Under the pieces are notes generated by a model, which did not search any database, was not told the DNA's origin, and worked only from the letters and a program-made list of their open reading frames with translations. From a bacterium (lineage in GTDB: Bacteria; Hinthialibacterota; Hinthialibacteria; Hinthialibacterales; Hinthialibacteraceae), in contig JBHGBC010000145.1 of the NCBI GenBank assembly GCA_041946805.1, positions 1 through 15,961 of the forward strand: 15,961 nt of DNA. Direction: 5' to 3'. The position numbers were made by a program, and so were the translations under genes. Positions 13,354-15,961 of this stretch are shown in pieces; positions within the stretch are counted from its first letter, which is position 1; each line of letters opens with the position of its first letter.

Positions 13354-15961
13354 ATGCGCATTCCCGTGGGCCCCTCCCCAGGCTTCCTATCTGGCCTTGT
13401 GGCATCTGTGCTTCTTTCCCTCTTCCCGGCCGGCATCGGCGAGGCCCAGGAACCGCCCCATTGGCGTATCTGGATTGATCCGGAAGAGTTTCAAGTAAAA
13501 GGCAGCGGTTGGCTCAGCGTCAGCCCCCGAGGGAGGATTTGGGGGGCATCCGAAGGAAGGTCGGATATCTCCGTTCATTGGTTCGATGGCTATGAGACCG
13601 GCTCCCTTCCCAGGGCCGGCGGGAGTATTGCGGTGCGCGAGGGGCCGGCGGGGCAAATCTGGGCGCTTAATTACGACGACCTCGGACAGAATGTCCTCCA
13701 GATCAGCCACTATGTTTATCAATCCAATCCCCTCGAGGGCCAGTGGCTTCAATACGGCCTCCCGGACTGGCAGGCGCATGGCCTGCTCCCGCGAACTCTT
13801 GGAGGCGCATCGAATTTCCTTCCTAGCGGTTCCGGCCGGCTGTTGCTCCTTCTGCTGGACCGTTTGGTTGAATTCGACGAGGCGGCGAAGAAGGCGGTTG
13901 TCCTCAAAACGGTGGAAGAGACGCATTTCGGTACATTCATTCACATGACGGACACGGTGAATGAGGGCCTCTGGATCACCACGGACAAGGGAGTGGTGAA
14001 AGCCTCCGGGGATGGCCATGGGAATTTGCCCTCACCCGGTGCAGTCCGATGGGAGGATTTTGTCTGCCCGGAGGAACTGGGACTCCGGGATTTTGCCTAT
14101 CCAGTACCGGTCCGGCAGGGGGAGATATTCTGCACGGCCTCGCCGCTGCCAAACGAGAGGCGGGTCCTGGTCCGTTTCGATGGGACATCCTGGACCATCA
14201 TTCATTCCGCCCTTGAGGAAGATGTAATCATGGGATGGGCCGGTGTGGACGGGATCGTGTGGGTTTTGAAGGCGAAAGCGTACTCCCCGGCTCCGTTTCC
14301 CTCTCGATATACTGAGCGGCTGCGGCTTCGGGACTGGATCTCGCCCACGTTGTCGTGGATCGGGGACGGGACCGAACGGCGCGTCGACCGGCGAAAAACC
14401 CTCCTGGGCCGCATCAATCAAGTGGCCGTGGCACCAAACGGCGTGTTTTGGGCGGGGACGTCACGCGGACCGGTGCGTTACGCCCCGCCGGCGTGGCGAT
14501 TACCCCCGGATTGCCCCACGATCGAGGAAGCGGTTTACGCCGCCCACGAGGACCGGCCGGGACGCCTCTGGTTTTCCGCCACGGACACATTGCTGGGTTT
14601 GGAGAATGGACATTGGCAATCCCATCGTTTGCCGGAAGGAAAAGCCTTTCCCATCCATACCGTTCAGTCTCTGGGCTCTTTGCCGGACGGCCGGATTGTT
14701 TTCGTTACCCGGGACGGGAGTATGCTGACCATGAAGCCGGGGAGTGAAGAGGCGGGATTTCACTCCATCGAGCATCCGGAAGGGCGGATGCTTCTCGCGG
14801 TTGTGCCACGGGCGGATGGCCGCTTGTGGGTTGTCACAGGGGACCGCACGCTCTTCGGGGGACGTTTGGAGATCTTTGATGGAACTCGTTTCGAGACCTT
14901 CCGGGGAGAAAAAGACAATCTCACTCTGGGGAGTATGTTTGTATACCGGATGATAGAGACTTCCAGCGGGGATCTGTGGTTTGCCGGGAATAATGGAATT
15001 GGCTGGTACGCGAACGGAGAATACCGGAAATTCGATGCGGGAGATGATGAGTGTTTGAAAGGGTATTTCTATTCGCTGGTGGTAACGGGAGACGGAAAAC
15101 TCTGGGCGGGTGGCGAGAACAAGATTGTGGAATTCGACGGCCACGCCTGGAAAATCATAGGTGGTCCGGGCTTCGGCAACGTCAACAATCTCTTGCGGCA
15201 GCGTGACGGAACTGTCTGGGCGGCGGCCACGAGAGGGATCTATCGGTATGCCGCGGGATCGTGGATCGCCAACTCGGACGAGGAAGGTTTGCCGGCCGAA
15301 CACGGATATATGCTCTTTGAGGATTCCCAGGATCGTTTGTGGGCCGGGACGGCGAGCGGGTTCGCGCTGTATCACCCGGAAGCGGATCCCGATCCGCCCG
15401 AAACCTGCATCCCCCTGGACAAGAATCTGGCGGTGGCCTCGCCGGGAGGCGATGTCCGGCTGCTCTATGCGGGGATGGACCGTTGGAAGTACACCCCGGC
15501 CGAACGCCTGCTGTTTTCGTTCCGTTTCGATGAAAATCCGTGGGAGCCCTTCATGCCGGAGACGGTGGCGGCGGCGGCGGGTATGTCTCCCGGAACGCAT
15601 CGGTTCGCGGTGCGGGCGGCCGACCGGAACGGGAATATCGATCCTACCCCGGCCGTCTTTGAGTTTTCCGTCCCCTTGCATTGGTATCGGCATCCCGCTT
15701 TTTTGATCCTGTTTTTCTCGGGATCCGCGATCATCCTGGTTCTGCTGAGCCTGCACCTGTATCATTATTTCAATCTGGAATTCCTCGTCACGCAGCGGAC
15801 CGCCGATTTGCTAACAGCGCAGGGGGAACTATTGACATATCAGGACCAGCTGCGGGCCCTGGCGTCGGAGACGTCTCTCATCGAAGAGCGGGAACGGCGG
15901 AAGCTGGCGACGGATCTTCATGACCGCATCAGCCAGACATTATCCCTTTCCCATGTGAGGA
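13354..15961 (+). CDS. sensor histidine kinase: periplasmic beta-propeller (Reg_prop) + Y_Y_Y domain + TM + HisKA_3 (partial, runs off the 3' end)
   Basis: Frame +1 is open from ATG 13354 (GAGGG RBS) to the window end, 869 codons with no stop (read by hand). Signal-like N-terminus; repeated blades (EDRPGRLWF, SGDLWFAG, DGKLWAGG, DGTVWAAT, EDSQDRLWAGT); Y_Y_Y-like LLFSFRFD..W...MSPGTHRFAVRAADRNG; TM after WYRHP (about 15682-15771); H-box EERERRKLATDLHDRISQTL with His at 15919-15921. Confidence 0.92.
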   Translation, partial: MRIPVGPSPGFLSGLVASVLLSLFPAGIGEAQEPPHWRIWIDPEEFQVKGSGWLSVSPRGRIWGASEGRSDISVHWFDGYETGSLPRAGGSIAVREGPAGQIWALNYDDLGQNVLQISHYVYQSNPLEGQWLQYGLPDWQAHGLLPRTLGGASNFLPSGSGRLLLLLLDRLVEFDEAAKKAVVLKTVEETHFGTFIHMTDTVNEGLWITTDKGVVKASGDGHGNLPSPGAVRWEDFVCPEELGLRDFAYPVPVRQGEIFCTASPLPNERRVLVRFDGTSWTIIHSALEEDVIMGWAGVDGIVWVLKAKAYSPAPFPSRYTERLRLRDWISPTLSWIGDGTERRVDRRKTLLGRINQVAVAPNGVFWAGTSRGPVRYAPPAWRLPPDCPTIEEAVYAAHEDRPGRLWFSATDTLLGLENGHWQSHRLPEGKAFPIHTVQSLGSLPDGRIVFVTRDGSMLTMKPGSEEAGFHSIEHPEGRMLLAVVPRADGRLWVVTGDRTLFGGRLEIFDGTRFETFRGEKDNLTLGSMFVYRMIETSSGDLWFAGNNGIGWYANGEYRKFDAGDDECLKGYFYSLVVTGDGKLWAGGENKIVEFDGHAWKIIGGPGFGNVNNLLRQRDGTVWAAATRGIYRYAAGSWIANSDEEGLPAEHGYMLFEDSQDRLWAGTASGFALYHPEADPDPPETCIPLDKNLAVASPGGDVRLLYAGMDRWKYTPAERLLFSFRFDENPWEPFMPETVAAAAGMSPGTHRFAVRAADRNGNIDPTPAVFEFSVPLHWYRHPAFLILFFSGSAIILVLLSLHLYHYFNLEFLVTQRTADLLTAQGELLTYQDQLRALASETSLIEERERRKLATDLHDRISQTLSLSHVR

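Overview
GC-rich bacterial chromosomal segment with no transposase, integrase, tRNA/rRNA or CRISPR array. Left part (+ strand): the 3' end of a WD40-like protein, two Tat-exported Gfo/Idh/MocA oxidoreductases flanking a secreted HEAT-repeat/DUF1080 fusion (resembling a periplasmic 3-keto-glycoside sugar-breakdown module), then a small 4-TM membrane protein. Middle: hisF and hisH (- strand) separated by an opposite-strand 944-aa YfhO/PTPS-related (GT-C-like) membrane protein. Right: a prepilin-type N-methylation protein and a beta-propeller/Y_Y_Y/HisKA_3 sensor kinase that runs off the window and is missing from the ORF track. The most unusual feature is non-coding. Most sizeable intergenic regions are mosaics of short elements from about 8 unrelated families (GTAG/GCAG REP-like hairpins, BoxC-like CCCTCACCC elements, TAGC double-hairpin elements, a dRS3-like element, 8-9-nt direct-repeat elements), reused between loci in shuffled order and orientation. 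The pilin family and the C-terminal W-x-x-Y tail suggest a candidate-phylum host such as OLB16/Hinthialibacterota or Sumerlaeota; this is inference only.
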